From: Eledone cirrhosa
Lineage: Eukaryota
Direction of reading: 5' to 3'
Length of the DNA: 64,000 bases
NCBI GenBank assembly: GCA_964016885.1
Contig: OZ024759.1
Span: 25,916,001-25,980,000, forward strand
Notes under the pieces: model-generated
The model's input: only the letters and a program-made list of their open reading frames with translations
Told to the model about the DNA's origin: nothing
Databases searched by the model: none
Position numbers and translations under genes: made by a program
Shown: positions 43,921 through 60,864 of the stretch, in pieces
Position numbering within the stretch: position 1 is the first letter of the stretch
Layout of the letters: the number at the start of each line of letters is the position of its first letter

Positions 43921-44165
43921 GGCAGTTGTCCGCCATTTTGATTTGCTCTTATCATTTAGAATCTCGTCGCGGTTTTTCTCTCTTACTCAGACTGTCTAAT
44001 TGCTCCCTCTCTCTCACTCTCTGTCTATCTGTCTCTCTCATTCTGGGACTGTCTGTTTACCCCTCTCTCTATCTCTCTCTCTCTCTCTCTCAATGTCTGG
44101 CTTATTTCGTGTCTTTCCGTGAGTTAATCCGTTCTTAAGTTAACAAGATTGGTGACGTCATCAAT
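43921..44165 (-). promoter_or_regulatory. Candidate promoter and first exon: CRE + CCAAT + YY1/Kozak ATG
   Basis: Minus strand has TGACGTCA directly followed by CCAAT (44160-44148). About 210 bp downstream lies CAAAATGGCGG (ATG at 43936), reading MADNC, then a weak phase-1 donor C|gtaaat compatible with the 43014 exon. Confidence 0.3.
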
Positions 44166-45174
44166 TTGAGATAAAGACCTGCCTGTCACCATCGCTCCAG
44201 ATTATTGAATTTCTCCCTACAACACCACACCGTACCATACTCCACCACACCGTATCATACTACACCACACTGCACCACACCACAGCATACTACACTACAC
44301 TAAACCACACCACACCACACCGTACCATATTACACCACACCGCACCACACCACAGCATACTACACTACACTAAACCATACCACCCCACACCAGACCGTAC
44401 CATATTACACCACACCGCACCACACCACATTATACTACACTACACTAAACCACACCACACCGTACCATACTACACCACGCCGCATTACACCACGCCATAC
44501 AACACCACACCATAGCAAACTTCACTACACTAAACTATACTACACAATACACCGCACTACACTACCTTATACTATACCATACTACACCATATCACACAAT
44601 TCTACTCTATACTACACCACACCACACAATACTACACCACACTACACCACACTACACAATACTAAACTATACTACACCACACCACACAATACTACACCAC
44701 ACTACACTACACCACACTACACAATACTACACTATACCACACCATATCACACAATAATACACTATACTACACTACACTACACCACACCACACAATACTAC
44801 ACTATACTACATCACACTACACAATACTACATTACACCACATCACACTACACCACACCACACTACACCACACAATACTACACCACATTACATCACACCAC
44901 ACTATACTACACTATACTACACTACACCACACTACACTACACAACATTACACTACACCACACAATACTACACTATACTACACTACACAACATTACACTAC
45001 AATGTGAAGGTGGTGGGGGCGGGGGTGGAAATGCTATCATGAAATTTGTTGTGATGATGGTGTTGTCAGACGCGGCATTATGGTGTTGATAATATTATAG
45101 TTGATGGTGTTGGTAGTTTTGTCAATGGTGGTATTACCACAGTTGGTGATGATGTTAGTAAAGTCTTCATCTTT

Positions 45175-45475
45175 TAGTAGTAGTGGTAGTGCTCTTGATT
45201 TTAGTAGTAGTGGTGTTGGTAGTGGTGGTAGTCTTAGTTTTAGTAGTAGTGATGTTGGTAGTGGTGGTGGGTTTGGTTTTAGAAGCAGTGATGTTGGTGG
45301 TCTTAGTTTTAGTAGTAGTGGTGTTGGTAGTGGTGGTGGGCTTGGTTTTAGAAGCAGTGGTGTTGGTGGTGGTGTTGGTGATGGTGGTGGTGGTCTTAGT
45401 TTTAGTAGTAGTGGTGTTGGTAGTGGTGGTGGGCTTGATTTTAGAAGCAGTGGTGTTGGTGGTGGTGGTGGTGGT
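45175..45475. repeat. Minisatellite, about 33-bp unit tttag(t/a)ag(t/c)agtg(g/a)tgttggtagtggtggt(gggc/agtc)tt
   Basis: About eight units visible. Confidence 0.85.
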
Positions 45476-45740
45476 GGAGCTATTGCTGTTATTGGTGGTG
45501 TTGTTGTTGTAGTTGTTATTTTCTACAAGAGGATTCTTCCCTGCTGTGAATATTAATAACCCATTGTGTTTGCTAATGGTGTTACTGTAGTTTGTTGTTG
45601 TTGTTATAATTGATTTCATTGATGATATTGTTGTTATTGTTGTTGAAGTTCCTGTTGTTTTTGTTATTGTTGCTTAGTGTCTAGCATGAGAATAACAATT
45701 TTCTCTTTCTCTCTCTCTATCTTTCTCTCTCTAGTTCTGA

Positions 45741-45783
<43 letters not shown>

Positions 45784-45804
45784 AACACACACACACACAC
45801 AGAA

Positions 45805-45867
<63 letters not shown>

Positions 45868-46003
45868 CATGTGATTGCGTAAGTAAGTGCCCGTATAACA
45901 ATAAACTAGTGCGGACATGTGTCTATGTGTGTATGCATGTGTCAATGAGTTAGTTTACACACAAATTGCAAATACATGTTATCTCACACACACACACATA
46001 TGC

Positions 46004-46113
<110 letters not shown>

Positions 46114-46194
46114 CTAAATATATATATATAGAGCGTGAAATTAATAAACATTCGTTGTACTGCCTCTCTGTTTTGTTCCTGTTCAAATTTTTCC

Positions 46195-46246
<52 letters not shown>

Positions 46247-46401
46247 GACGTAGTGCAGAGTGGTAGTGCTAAGCTGTTTAAGATGGCGGCCAATGAAACG
46301 ACAGATTAAAAGTAATTTAAGTGTTGGTCAGGATTTGGAATTTAGGTTTGATAGACGGGATGTGAAGAGTGCGTGTTGTACATACACACATTCGTATACA
46401 C

Positions 46402-46476
<75 letters not shown>

Positions 46477-46554
46477 TCTATACATAAATGGATATATTTA
46501 TATATATACATATATGTATGAGTGTGTGCGCGATTTTCTGTATATATAAAAACA

Positions 46555-46654
<100 letters not shown>

Positions 46655-46663
46655 TAAATATAT

Positions 46664-46717
<54 letters not shown>

Positions 46718-46816
46718 CATTACATACATATATATGCATATATGTATATATATATTATATATAAATATATATATATTTTATATATAATATACATACATTA
46801 CATACATATATATGTA

Positions 46817-46861
<45 letters not shown>

Positions 46862-46981
46862 ATGTGTATATATATATGTATTTATATATATGTATTTATA
46901 TATATGTATTTATATATATGTATGTATATATATATATATGTATGTATATATATATACGTATGTATATATATATATGTATGT

Positions 46982-47021
<40 letters not shown>

Positions 47022-47044
47022 GTATATATATATATATGTATATA

Positions 47045-47122
<78 letters not shown>

Positions 47123-47628
47123 GTGAATAAACGTTGTCGGGTTATTACTTACCACTACGACATGATATGGTTGTCCGACGATTCGTGAACTATGATAATA
47201 ACAACCATAATAACAATTATAACAGCCAACAATACTGAATATATTGAGACAGTAGGTTGTTGTTTAAAGCAATATCTGGCTGCTATTTCTTGCAGATCAA
47301 AAGATAGTCTTGTATATACGACCTTTCCTAAATAATCTTTTGTTTTACAGAAGAAATCTGTCGATATATACAAACGTTATGTCCATAGAATCCAACCGAA
47401 TGACATGCATAGTCAGTGTGAAATGGTTGAAACCAGTGCAAGTATAGAAGAATAGAGGAATGGAAGAATAAACGATTACAGGAATTGAAGCAATCGAAGA
47501 TACACAAGAATTCAAAGATACTCGTGCAAATAAATATTAGAAAAGAACAAAACATAAAAGATGTATATATATCTATATATATATACATAATGTATGTGTG
47601 TATATGCATATATGTATAGTTATATATT

Positions 47629-47662
<34 letters not shown>

Positions 47663-47743
47663 TCTCTCTCTCTCTCGCTACATATATATATATATATGTA
47701 TACAAATATATAACTATACATATATGCATATACACACATACAT

Positions 47744-47803
<60 letters not shown>

Positions 47804-47853
47804 TATATACAATGTATGTGTGTATATGCATATATGTACAGTTATATATTTGT

Positions 47854-47900
<47 letters not shown>

Positions 47901-48222
47901 GAGAGAGAGAGAGAGAGAGAGAGAGTGAGAGAGAGAGAGTAAGAGAGAGATGGGCATGTGTAAGTATATATATGTGATGTATGTATGTATTTTCTTATTA
48001 CACATATACACACAGCGTATGTGTGTGAAGAAAATATGTAATTTAATCTGCCACGTAGATTATAATACAACAGAACGGACAAACTGCGAAACACATGGAC
48101 TAACTCCCTTATATAGATATTTATACTTTCACATACACACAGAAAGACACACATATATTTACATAGTTATACATGTATGTATACACACACACACACACAT
48201 ATATATATATATCTCTCTCTCT

Positions 48223-48256
<34 letters not shown>

Positions 48257-48295
48257 GAATACATATATTTAAATACACACAACACCCACAGACAT

Positions 48296-48344
<49 letters not shown>

Positions 48345-48475
48345 TATAAGCCACACTCACACCTTTGGTATGTATTTAATGTTTACAATATTTACCTTGT
48401 TAGATCTATTTTATTGGCTGTTGTTTGATAGATTACTTTCTTGTCTTATACACACACATATATACACACATGTAT

Positions 48476-48509
<34 letters not shown>

Positions 48510-49843
48510 GTACTTATATTAATATATATATATTATATTTTATTTATGTATGTATATATACACACACATATATATATATATCACTCTCTCTATATGTATA
48601 TATATAAATTTTTTGTTATCTTAATAACGGATCAAGCATATGATATGATATTCTCTAATAGTAAGCCTTATCATCTATATACATACAGACGTACTAATAT
48701 ACATACACACATAAACACACATATATATAAATATACGGCCTCCCCTACTCACCTAATACACATTGCTGTTCTTAAAGCCACGATTGAACAACATTTCGTC
48801 TTTCCGTCCAATTCGTTGATCAAAGACCTCCGGATCAACATATCAAGATTAAATCACGGCTCAAAAATATTATGATTCTTAAGTATTTAATCCAGTCTTA
48901 GTATGTTGATCTGTTCTGTGTGAGTGAGACAGTGTTGTATGTATGTTGTTTTGTGTGTGTATTATATGTTTATGTGAGTGTTTTTAGTGTGTATGTTTCA
49001 TGTTTATGTTGTCTGTGTGTGCTGTTTGTGTGTGTATTTATTATTTGCTTCTGTGTGTATTTTTGTGTGTATATATGTGCGTGTGTGCTGCTTCTGTGTA
49101 TATTGTATGTTTATGCGTGTATTTTATGTGTGCTGTTTGTGTCTGTAATTTGTGTGTGTGTATGTTTTATTTATACTTGTGCTATATATGTGTATGTGTG
49201 TGAGTGTGTTGTATTATATATGTGTTGTGTTAATATTTGTATTATGTGTATTATGTGTGAGTTGTGTGTATTGTGTGTTTGTATGTTTGTGTGTATTGTG
49301 TGTATGTGTTGTTTGTGTAGGTATGTATTGTATGTTTTGTGTGTGTTGTGTTAATGTTTGTGCTGCTTGTGTGTGTATACACGCATGTATATATGTGTAT
49401 GCGTGTTGTTTGTACTGTGTCTGTTGTGAATGTGTTGTGAGTGTATTCTCTGTGTGTATGTGTGTACATATGTGTGTACACGCTTGCATATGTGTGCATA
49501 TGTGTGTATGCGTGTTGTTTTCATGTTTGTGTTGTGCGTGTGTTGTGAGTGTGTCGTATGTTTGCACGCACGCATATATATGTATATGTGAGTATGTCTG
49601 AGTGTGTATAACTGTGTGTAACTGTTAGCTCAATATGATTAATTATGATTGCGTGTGGGCTTCCATACATATAATTAAGGTTACAGAAGTCTCATATTTC
49701 CATACTAAAAATAGACTTTTAAAGATTTGGTGTTTCCTTAATATAAAACAGCTAAACATACAGACAGCAACTGTATTATGTATGTGTCTGTGCCTTGAAG
49801 TATATGTGTGGCTATATGAGCGCCTACACTCACACACACACAC

Positions 49844-49875
<32 letters not shown>

Positions 49876-49999
49876 GTGTATATAATTATATATATATATA
49901 TATTTATACCCAAAAAATAACTACAAGGCCAGACGATCGCTATATGTAAGAGTTTAGAAAGTTGGCCAGCAGCCGCAACGGATCGAACTTCATATTTCT

Positions 50000-50042
<43 letters not shown>

Positions 50043-50817
50043 CGTGCAAGAACGCATCATTCTACACCGCGACACCATAATCTAGGACACCTCAACTGTA
50101 TTCCATCGCATATAAACGAAGTCTTTGTGTGTTCAAACAACTAATATCTTTCACTAGTCTTCCATATATTCCGAAAGCCGATTACGATCTTCATTGACTT
50201 CCGTACATATATCATACTACACACACTATATAAATATATTAATGATTCTCCAGTGGAGCAAATCAACGAGATAGATTAATCACTAAGAACATATTAAGTT
50301 GATAGCCTCGTTCTCGTGAATCGATGATCGGCGCCATGTTTTTCTTCGGCTATGCTTATAGTTTTACACTCAATAAGGAATAACCCCAACACAACCACTC
50401 ATCCACACCTCCACATCTCCACACCACAACTCCACTCCTCACCTCCATTCTATAATTTGGCACCACAACTCTCGCCTACACCTCCGCCATACGTCGAATA
50501 TTTCCTTCTGTTTTAGCTAAATAGCTTTCAATTGAAATGCATGCACATTCATATGTATGTATACGCAGACAAACACCTAATACATATGTATGTATATAGG
50601 TATTATTGTAAGTATGTATGTATGTAAATATGGCGTACATGTATATGTGTGTGTACATATATGTATGTTTATACTAATGTAAATTTATATGTATATATAT
50701 ACACACACACACAGACACCCCACACATATATATATTTATACACATCTATATATATGTATAATATTATATATAGATTATATATAGATTCATATACAAGTGT
50801 ATATATATATACACTTG

Positions 50818-50848
<31 letters not shown>

Positions 50849-52074
50849 GTGTGTATATATAATACATATATATTGATGTGTATATATATATATATATATG
50901 TGTCTGTGTGTGTATACATATATATATATATATATACATATACGTCTGTGTGTGTGTGTGTGGTCTCAAATTATACCATATCGTATGCAAGAACACATCA
51001 AATAGAGGCTGTTAAGAATTAGTTTAAAGAACAAAGCGTTTGAAACTCATTTCGATATAATTGTAAATTGAGAGGGTCAGCCATGTTGAAGCAAAACCTA
51101 AATCGCTTGGAAGTAAGCGTCCATTGCTGAACTTTTACCAAATATCTTGGAATAGTTTAGAGAATTACATCTTATTCCAGTTCCATTCCATCTAGAAATG
51201 CTTTTATAGACCAATGTTTTATATATTCATCTATAATATATATTATATTATATTAGCTTAATTTACTTTCTGGCGGCCATTTTGTTATACGAAAGATTTG
51301 TTGTTGCTGTTGTTGTTATTGTTATTGTTGTAAATATTATTGTTGTTGTTGGTGATGATGTTTCTGTTCTTTTTTTGCTCTTACTGATGTCTTTTGCAGT
51401 TGTTTTTCTCACCCTCTGCCTCCCCCTTCTCCCTTTGTTATCTTCTTCTTCTCCCTCTAAATTCGCATTATTATTATTATTAGTAGTAGTAGTAAAAGTA
51501 ATAATAATTGTAGTAGTAATAGTGGTGGTGGGGTAGTAGTAGTAGTGTTGGTGGTGGTGGTTAGTGTTGGTGGTAGTGGTAGTAGTAGTAGTAGTACTAG
51601 TAGTGGTTGTGGTTGTGGTGCTGGTGGTTGTAGTAGTAGTAGTGGTAGAAGGTGTGGTTGTGGTGTTGATGGTAGTAGTAGTAGTAGTAGTAGTAGCAGT
51701 AGAAGTAGTAGTAGTAGTAGTACCATCAATATTTAGTTAATATATCAAGAGAAAGCGGCATATTTCAAATATATATTTTGCCTGAAGTCTTTTCTTTCGT
51801 CGCTGCCATAGTTTTATGCTTAATTTCTATCTAATTTTCGTTCATCTTTGTGTTGGTGTTGGTGTTGGTGTTGATGGTGTTGGTGGTCTTGTTAATGTTG
51901 GTATTGTTGTTGGTGGTGGTGGTGTTGCTGGTGATGGTAATGTTGGTGTTGGTGTTGGTGGTATTAATGTTGGTATTGTTGTTGGTGATGGTGTTAATAT
52001 TGGTATTGTTGTTGTTGGTGGTGGTGTTCTTGGCAATGGTAGTGTTATTGTTGGTGGTATTAATGTTGGTATTG

Positions 52075-52106
<32 letters not shown>

Positions 52107-52785
52107 GATGGTAATATTGTTGTTGGTGTTGGTGGTGTTAATGTTGATATTGATGTTGTTGTTGTGGCAGTGTTCTTGGCGATGGTAGTGTTGTTGGTGG
52201 TGGTATTAGTGTTGTTGCTGTTGTTGTTGTTGTTGTTGGTGGTGGTGGTTATGGTGGGGTGGTGGTGGCAGTGGTGGTATTGTAGATGGTGTTGGTGGTA
52301 TTGGTTTTGGTGGTGTTAGTGTTTTATTGCAGTTGTTTGTGATGGCGTTGGAGATGTCGATGGTGTTGGTGTTGGGTTCATTTTTTTTTTTGGTGGTGTT
52401 GTTGTTGGTGGTAGTGGTGGTATTAGTGTTGGTGTTGTTGATGTTGTTGTTGGGGGTATTAGTGGTACTGTTATTGATGGTATTGGTGTTGGTTGTGTGA
52501 TTAGTGGTTGTGTTGATATTGTTGTTGTTCGAAGTGAAGTTGGTGGTGTCTGTACTGCTAATATCGTCGTTGTTGATGGTGTCATTAGTGGTGGTGTTGG
52601 TGATGTTGGTGTTAATAGTATTGTTGGTGGTGTTGTTGTTCGAGGTGTTGGTGAGGTTGTTGATGATGTTGTCAATGTTGAAACATTTGTTTTTGGTGAT
52701 GGTGGGGGTGCGGGTTTGTTTCTAATTCATCTTCTTCTTCTCCTCCTCCTCCTCCTCCTCCTCCTCCTCCCCCTCCTCCTCCTCC

Positions 52786-52834
<49 letters not shown>

Positions 52835-53564
52835 CCTCCTCCTCCCCTTCTTCCATTTCCTATATCTCATCCTTCATATTCTCCTTCTTCTTCTACGTCT
52901 CCTCCTTCTCCCCCCCCCCCCACTTACCCTCTTCCTGCTCTACTCCTTCGTCTTTTCCTTTACTCTTCATAATCGCGCCCTCTTTGATGTTTTGCCGCCC
53001 TCTATTTGATAACGTCGAACACACACATACTTCCTCTCTCTTACACAACGTCACACACATGCAACCACCTACACGCACGCATAGACAGACAGACAGATAG
53101 ACGCGCGCACACGCACACACACTTAGACACACATAGAGAGACAGACAGACACACGCGCACAAACACACGTGCAACCACACACACACACACACACACATAG
53201 ACAGATAGGCAGATAGACAGACACACCTTCTCTCTCCTCTCTCTTTCACAACATCACACACATGCAACCACATACACACACACATAGACAGACAGACATA
53301 TACACATACGTACATACACATACACGCACACACATACGCACGCAAACACACACACACACACACAGACACACACCTACCTACACAGTTCAAGGACCCGAAG
53401 AGTTCTCCAAGTGTAGTGAAGTGTCTCTAAAGATATTATAGACAGTTCTTTGCTGTGGTTGATGTGGTCGGTTGTGCACGCAAAACGTTTGTACATCATC
53501 ACCGCATACATGCAAACACGCAGACACATACACACACGCATTAAAAGACACATACAGGCACATG

Positions 53565-53600
<36 letters not shown>

Positions 53601-53647
53601 CCAGCATAAAAATAGATACATACATATATATCTATAAATATATATAC

Positions 53648-53708
<61 letters not shown>

Positions 53709-53828
53709 TATATATATATACATATATATGTAAATATATATGTGTCTATATATATATATATATGTATATGTATATATGTATATATGTATATATATATATG
53801 TGTATGTCTATATATATATATGTGTATA

Positions 53829-53954
<126 letters not shown>

Positions 53955-53956
53955 CG

Positions 53957-53987
<31 letters not shown>

Positions 53988-54216
53988 GTATATATGTATA
54001 TATATATGTATATATATATATGTATAAATATATATGTATATATGTATATATATATATGTATATATGTATATATATATGTATATATGTATATATGTATATA
54101 CATATATAGGTATATATGTATATATATGTATATATTAATTCTGGCAATATTACACAGATATGACCCTCCCCAAGTATAACAATATAGATATGTATATATA
54201 TATATATGTATATATG

Positions 54217-54251
<35 letters not shown>

Positions 54252-54414
54252 GTGTATATATATATATTTACATGTAATAAATGATATCTCCACTCTAGAT
54301 ATTTTGAAGTATCGAATACTCAGATTAAATAATGGACATAACCACCACATGAATGGAAACATCACACGCACATATATATATATGTATATATATATACATG
54401 TGTGTCTGTGTGTG

Positions 54415-54457
<43 letters not shown>

Positions 54458-54522
54458 ATACATATATGTGTGCATGTGTGCGCGTGTTTGTATGTGTATG
54501 TGTATATATGTATATATATATA

Positions 54523-54564
<42 letters not shown>

Positions 54565-55584
54565 TGCGTGCGTGCGTGTCTTTAGCCCACATATATAAAA
54601 ACAAACTAGAAACAATACCACATGTTTTACCATTTTTGTCAGAATACATCCGACTCACTACCCTACCACCCACTAAGCCAACAACCCACCAACACAACTA
54701 CCATCATACCAACCAACGAACACACCAATCTTCTTCTTCTTCTTCTTCTTCTTCTTCTTCTTCTTCTTCTTCTTCTTCCCACAAACACACCTACTAACAA
54801 ACACACGAAGCCACCAACCCACTAACACACCAAGCCACCAGCATATCAACCAACCCACGAACTTACCAAGCCTCAAACCCACCAACCCACGAACTTACCA
54901 AACCTCCAGGCTCCCAACCCACGAAGCCAACAATCCACCAACCCACCAGCACACCAACTTACCCCCCCCCCCCCCCCCCCAAACCCACCAACACACCAAC
55001 ACACCAACTCACCACCCCACCAGCATCCACCAACACACGAATTCACCAAGCCGACAACAGCACCTCCACCCGCCAGCTACCTTTTACACTGTATAAAACG
55101 ATGTATTTTACATGTGTAAGTAAGAAATCGTCTGTTATTTGTGAGAAATTGTCGTTATATTTCGCCCGTCTTTCAGTAAATGGTTTTGGCGGGCGGGGAG
55201 AGAATCTCTCACTCTGGTAAATAAATATATTTTTTTCTACGTCTTTCCTAATTCTCGAGATTTCTCGCTAAAGTGCAGAACAGATTTCGACGAATTTAAA
55301 GCTTTTACTAAGTAGAGATTTTATGAGGAAGGTTTTTATATTTATCTCACACGACATTCACTCCACATTCTACGCATTCTACAGACACATTCTACTGACT
55401 ATACACACCGTACATATATTATAAACTATATACACGCTGTCATCTTTATATCTTACAGCATGGATTTTCTATCATATTGGATTTCAGTATATAGTTTTTC
55501 AAATAGACACACACGCATACATATACACTGGTATATATATATATATATATATATATGTTCCACTTGGAACACACACACACACTA

Positions 55585-55619
<35 letters not shown>

Positions 55620-55787
55620 CACACACACACACATTAAGCACAAGATGCTTTGGCACTCTTCCCATACAAGCGTGTATTGAGCACTTCAACATTTACACAC
55701 AACAATGATGAAAATATGCTCTGTGTATATACATACCTACATATATATATACATATACACACACACACATATATATATATGTATATG

Positions 55788-55839
<52 letters not shown>

Positions 55840-55856
55840 CAATATATATATATATT

Positions 55857-55893
<37 letters not shown>

Positions 55894-55964
55894 ATATATA
55901 TATATTCAATATATACATATATAATATATTCATATATATATAGTATATATGTATGTGTGTGTGT

Positions 55965-56016
<52 letters not shown>

Positions 56017-56228
56017 TGTTGGCATGTGTGTGTAGATAACAAAGTGGTCAGAGACCAAAAGATGTCAGAGACCATGTTAAAAATTTATTCGTGACGAGAC
56101 AAGAAGTGTCGAGTCATTTGACTTTACACATAGCGACACTTTGTCTCTGTCGGATTATTGTGCTGAATAAATCTCAGTCTATCTGAACATTTGGCTGACT
56201 GTCTCACTGTCTGTCTATCTATTTATTG

Positions 56229-56323
<95 letters not shown>

Positions 56324-56456
56324 CATTCAGCTATCTATGAATATATCTTTTTGCATGTACACACACACACACACACTTACAAACACACACACGCATATAT
56401 AAATATGTATAAGCGTTTCTCTACATGTTCAACTACGCATTAGATCAACCTGCCAT

Positions 56457-56546
<90 letters not shown>

Positions 56547-57439
56547 ATACACACACATTGTAATACACTAGCATGCCGGGTTATTTTTTCCTCTCTTTAC
56601 AGTCGTTCTTTTTCTAACTGTATTTTATTCATGGCATTACGTTCGCTTAATACTTTAACAAAAATCTTGGAATAAATACATATTATTCCAAAGTCTTTCT
56701 AATAGGAAAAACCCATAAAGCTAAAACAATTGCAAAAATTGGTGCCAAGATAAACACATTTACCAAACAACAACTACAACAACAACAACAACAACAACAA
56801 TAATAGTAACAACAATATAACCAGCAAGAGCGACAACAACACCAACAACTTTAAAATCAACAACAACAACAACAACAGCACCAACAAAAATAAAATCAAC
56901 AACGTCGACAACAACAACAATAAAATAAACAACATCAACCACAACAACAAAACAACTACAATAAAAACAACAACAACCACAACAACAACAACCACAACAA
57001 CAAGAACAACAACACTAACAAAAATAAAATTAACAAGAACAACAACAGCAATAAAAACAACAACACCAACAACAATACAATCAACAAAAACTACAATATA
57101 GCCAACAACAGCGAGAACAACTGCAAATTCAACAACAACAACAACAACCAGAAGAACAATGCCAATAACAGTAATGATAATAACACTAGCAATATGGCTG
57201 ATAAATAAATGGAAGTACCATTTTTTTCTACGTTCCTGTAATTCAAAGCCAATATCTTTCCATACGACTAACTGTGGCATACAAACTGTGTCTAACAATC
57301 AATTTAACGCCATTGGACTACACACACAGTCACATACACACACACGCACTGTCACATACATATGCGCACAGTCACACACGCACACATGCGCAGTCACACA
57401 CGCACACACACTCACATAGATGCATACATACGCCTTCTT

Positions 57440-57520
<81 letters not shown>

Positions 57521-57572
57521 CGTATAAAATTTATTTGTGTGTGTCATCTATTTATCAATCTATCTATCTATA

Positions 57573-57610
<38 letters not shown>

Positions 57611-57739
57611 CCTACCTACCTCTCTATCTATCATTTATCTACCTATCTCTCTCTTTCTATTTAATTACCTGCTTAACAATTTACCTACCTAGCTACTTGG
57701 CCTCCCCCCCTTCATATATATATACACACACATACATAC

Positions 57740-57778
<39 letters not shown>

Positions 57779-58177
57779 CATACATATATGCGTGTATATA
57801 TATATATATATATGAAATATGTGTGCAAATGTTAAAACTCTCTCCACACCGCCATTACATACTTCTCTCCCTCATCTTACTTCACCTTACCTTTTATCTT
57901 TTCTTTCACCTCCACTCTACACCATTCACCCCCCCCCCCCACCTCATCAGTCTTCCCCCTAACTCAATCCCCCCCCCCCCCACCGCGTCAGTCATTCCTT
58001 TACCTCTACCCTCCTCCCTAACCCAACACACCTCCCTCTATCGCTCTAAGCAATTCTTGTTTATATTCACATGATTATTGATTCTGATCTGTTGCTACGT
58101 CTCTTTCTGTACACATATACATACATACATATATACATACATACACACATACATACACACATATATACACACATACA

Positions 58178-58211
<34 letters not shown>

Positions 58212-58544
58212 CACACATACATACATACAAACATACATACATACATATATACATACATACACACATACATACATACAAACATACATACATACATATATAC
58301 ATACATACACACATACATACATACATGTATACACACATACATATATACTTGCACACGTACATACATATATACTTACAAAAATGTACTTACATATGTAAGT
58401 TTGGGCATATATATCTAAGTGTACATATATATGTATATATATGTACACACACAAACACTAACACACACATTTATATACATATAAATATATACATATATAT
58501 ATATATGTATGTATATATATGTATAAATATATATATGTATATGT

Positions 58545-58593
<49 letters not shown>

Positions 58594-58656
58594 CACATCC
58601 ATAAATATATACAAAATACTCAGTGATGCAAACGCGTCTTCGCACACATACACACG

Positions 58657-58793
<137 letters not shown>

Positions 58794-59202
58794 GAACGCA
58801 CAACATAAATACCATCCTTTTTCCGTAAATGTACCGCTAATATTTTTCACTTAACTTGATGGGCAGCCATTTTGTTCAATATATGGTTAAATGTAACTTT
58901 AACATTTCAACGTTTTGTGCTAAGTGGCCGCTTTAGCGGGAAATGTCATTGCTTCAGTCTTAACGTCTTTTCTACTGAGGCATTTTCAGCTTTTTATTTA
59001 ATGATTCTGTTTACTGAAAATTCTTACCGACATAGGCTTGCGAAATAAATGTCTTAATATATCTAAGTATATCTCTATACGTGCATATGAACATAAAAAC
59101 ATATGTAGGTCTTTGTGTATATTTTTATATATGTATGAATGTATATAAGTATGAAAGTATGTATGTATCTATTGAATGTATGTGTGTAAGTATGTATGGA
59201 TG

Positions 59203-59235
<33 letters not shown>

Positions 59236-59378
59236 ATATTAATGTATGAATGTGTGTAAGTATGTATGAATGTATGTATGTAAGCACATATATAAAAATA
59301 AATATATATCGAAATGTATTTATATATATATATATAAATATATATATATATATGTGTGTATGTATGTATGTATGTATG

Positions 59379-59511
<133 letters not shown>

Positions 59512-59645
59512 ATGTTTCTAATTAAGACCATTATGCAATTTAGTACTTCCTACTTAAGGAAAGCAGAGTGCAGCGTTTACTGCTCAACGGTTAAGTTCAA
59601 ACAATTTCTATATACACACATGCACACACATATATATCTATATGG

Positions 59646-59715
<70 letters not shown>

Positions 59716-60476
59716 GTACGTGTGTGTGTGCATGTATGTATGTATTTGTGTGTGTGTGTGTGGGTGTGTGTGTGCGTGCGTACGTGTGTGTGTGCATGTA
59801 TGTATGTATTTGTGTGTGTGTGTGTGTGTGTGTGCATATTTGTGAGTGTGAAAGTTTATGTGTATAAAGAGAGGAAAGGAACACTATACACGATGTAAAA
59901 CTTTCATTTCTTACCAAACATTCAATGAATTCCCTCTTTTGTTACTTGGACTTTCAGACAGTAACACACATGATGAACTGAAAGATGTTGGACGATGTTG
60001 ACAAATGCTATACTACTTCTAAGTGTTGTCAAAGCCTGGTTTAGGATCTGATATTTTTCAGTTATACAGGGATGGCATTTCCAAGGGCTAAATTATAGTA
60101 CAGCTTTGTACTATCGAAGAGTTGGCATGTTACTGCAGAGTATCACAGCCTTCGTTCTTGCGTCTCCTGTCGTGTTTAGTGTTTGAGTTTAGGCCTGGGT
60201 AGTAGTATATAGATTTATATATATATTTATTTTTATAGGGCGGCTAAAATTCTCGCGAGTGGTTCTTTTCAGTGGTTGATAATACCTTACCGGCCCACTC
60301 GAATAAGGTAATTATTTAATCCATAAATGGGGCCCTAACAGGTACTACTACTCCGGGCCAGAACAGCCCTGGGAGTGATAACAACTAAGGGGTAACTCCA
60401 CATTCCCCACAGATCCTGAACACCCGAACTGGAGCCTTGCCATTGGATATAGTTTAATGTCATACCCAGGACCCTG

Positions 60477-60562
<86 letters not shown>

Positions 60563-60813
60563 TTACACACACATATATATATATCCTTACACACACATAT
60601 ATATATATATATTTATATGTATAAGTATGTATGTATGAATTACGTATATGTACTCGTATGTGTGTGTGGTTGTGTGTTTGCCTGTATAACACATATGTAT
60701 ATTTGTATATCTCTGTGCATAAATGTGTTTATAGAGGCACGTAGACACTTTTATTTGTCTCTCTTATTTCACTTTTCCCCTACCCCTCCTTCTACCACCT
60801 CTTTCTCCCCTCC

Positions 60814-60864
<51 letters not shown>

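Noticed and set aside
47338-47455. Plus-strand acceptor followed by [34 protein letters not shown]
   Set aside because: No partner exons or recognisable homology; acceptor-like motifs are common in AT-rich DNA.
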